Assembly (NCBI RefSeq): GCF_964355755.1
Contig: NC_092673.1
Coordinates: 8,246,001-8,310,000, forward strand
DNA length: 64,000 nucleotides
Direction of reading: 5' to 3'
Origin: Antedon mediterranea
Lineage: Eukaryota > Animalia > Echinodermata
Part shown: positions 62,944 through 64,000 of the stretch, piece after piece
How positions within the stretch are numbered: the stretch's first letter is position 1
Layout: every line of letters starts with the position of its first letter
Made by a program: the position numbers and the translations under genes
Notes under the pieces: generated by a model
The model's database searches: none
Seen by the model: the letters and a program-made list of their open reading frames with translations, nothing else
What the model was told of the DNA's origin: nothing

Positions 62944-63399
62944 TTAAGCTGAGCGAATACTGTAATTGGCCTAAAACACTAGTATTTTAATTTAAATATT
63001 TGACTTACAATAAATCATCATTTTTTTAAAATATTAGGCTATTAATTGACCTAATTGTGCGACCACTTTGGCCTAGTTGATTTTAAAAGGATTTCAATAA
63101 TAAATCATTTGTTAACCAATCAAAATATAACACAATTTTAAAAGAAATTTTAAAGATAAACATCCAAAATTCTTCATAACTCAAAAGTTACATAATTACT
63201 ATAGTAATGATAAGCATACTGACCCTTTTTCTTTATTAACCTTTGAGTAATACGCACGAGCACGGATAGCTGAGTAAAATGAGAACGACTCAATCAGGTA
63301 ATTTGTTTCGCTTGTTCGCAAACTGAAATGGAAAAAAACATATACAGTAGATCAATAATTATGAAATAAAAAAGAGGGGAAAGCCCCACAGCTTCGTAG

Positions 63400-64000
63400 T
63401 ATCGACTAAATAGGAGGTGGATGTTTTTGGGAGGGCAATTATTGACCTCTCAAAGTAAGTCATGGGGTGTTAAATACACGTTGGGCTAGACGCAGGCACG
63501 TCCAGGCTGCCGCCCCCTTTCCCAACAACAGTACCATTGCAACCGCTACAGATGTCACCTATTGCACCGGTGCGGCCTGATATGCAGGCCTCTACTTCGC
63601 GCACACGTACCACATACAATAATAACAACAGATATACCTGGTCTGCACGAGACGGGACCGGAACATTTTACGCAAACTAAAGGAGTGGTAGACATCAAGG
63701 AGCATTCGCACACCACCGGTGACGCGTTTGGTGTACAGGTGGTGGTGGGTCGCCTAAGACGGTTCGTCTGAGTGTGTCGGAGGACAGGGTGGTTCTCTCC
63801 ACAATAAAAAACGCATCAAATTCACGAGCCCCCCGGTGACAAGATTACCACCAGAGTCACAAAAGAGGTGTGCACTCCTGGACGGCCTAACTCCTCTGCT
63901 GCAGAAAGGAGCAGCAGAACAAGTAGACTCACCGTCTCGGGACAAGAGTCGACCGACAAGCGTCTAAACAAGCGGATTCTCATCCATCCTACTGGGGCGA
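63400..64000 (+). mobile_element. Decayed DIRS-like (tyrosine-recombinase) retrotransposon fragment
   Basis: Frameshifted peptides VVGRLRRF, DRxVLSTIKN, RIKFTSPP, LLQKGAAEQV and KRLNKRI resemble the region at the start of DIRS RT (VGGRL..F, WVL..I..GY...F, LL.KGAIE.V); abrupt GC rise; boundaries approximate. Confidence 0.55.

Overview
AT-rich eukaryotic (animal) genomic DNA with spliceosomal GT-AG introns. It is probably an invertebrate deuterostome, judged from a DeuSINE-like element and vertebrate-like exon structures; the species cannot be fixed from the sequence. Three conserved multi-exon genes were reconstructed by hand: COP1/RFWD2 (minus strand, exons 1-4, runs off the left edge), a complete 9-exon ALAD/porphobilinogen synthase (plus strand, 26584-39569, 336 aa) and SCAI (minus strand, last 10 exons, 46581-60177, 5' end beyond the right edge). 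Introns and the intergenic region are packed with mobile DNA: a young 5'-truncated RTE-group LINE with an open RT frame, L2 and DIRS relics, tRNA-SINEs, Helentron/DINE-1-like elements, a solo LTR, hAT, Tc1, Harbinger and Kolobok non-autonomous elements, and several tandem arrays. The most notable observations are: a 4.8-kb TIR element carrying a spliced, internally repeated orphan gene; a four-fold tandem duplication of an ALAD exon end with its splice donor; a Kolobok element with a KolX/P2X7-ballast-like relic; pervasive TACAGTA/TACTGTA and TAGGCCTA footprint-like motifs; inverted repeat pairs bracketing exons; and a structured minisatellite containing CUGAUGAG. Most short ORFs in the supplied track are not real genes. 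All homology calls are from recalled motifs, not database searches.
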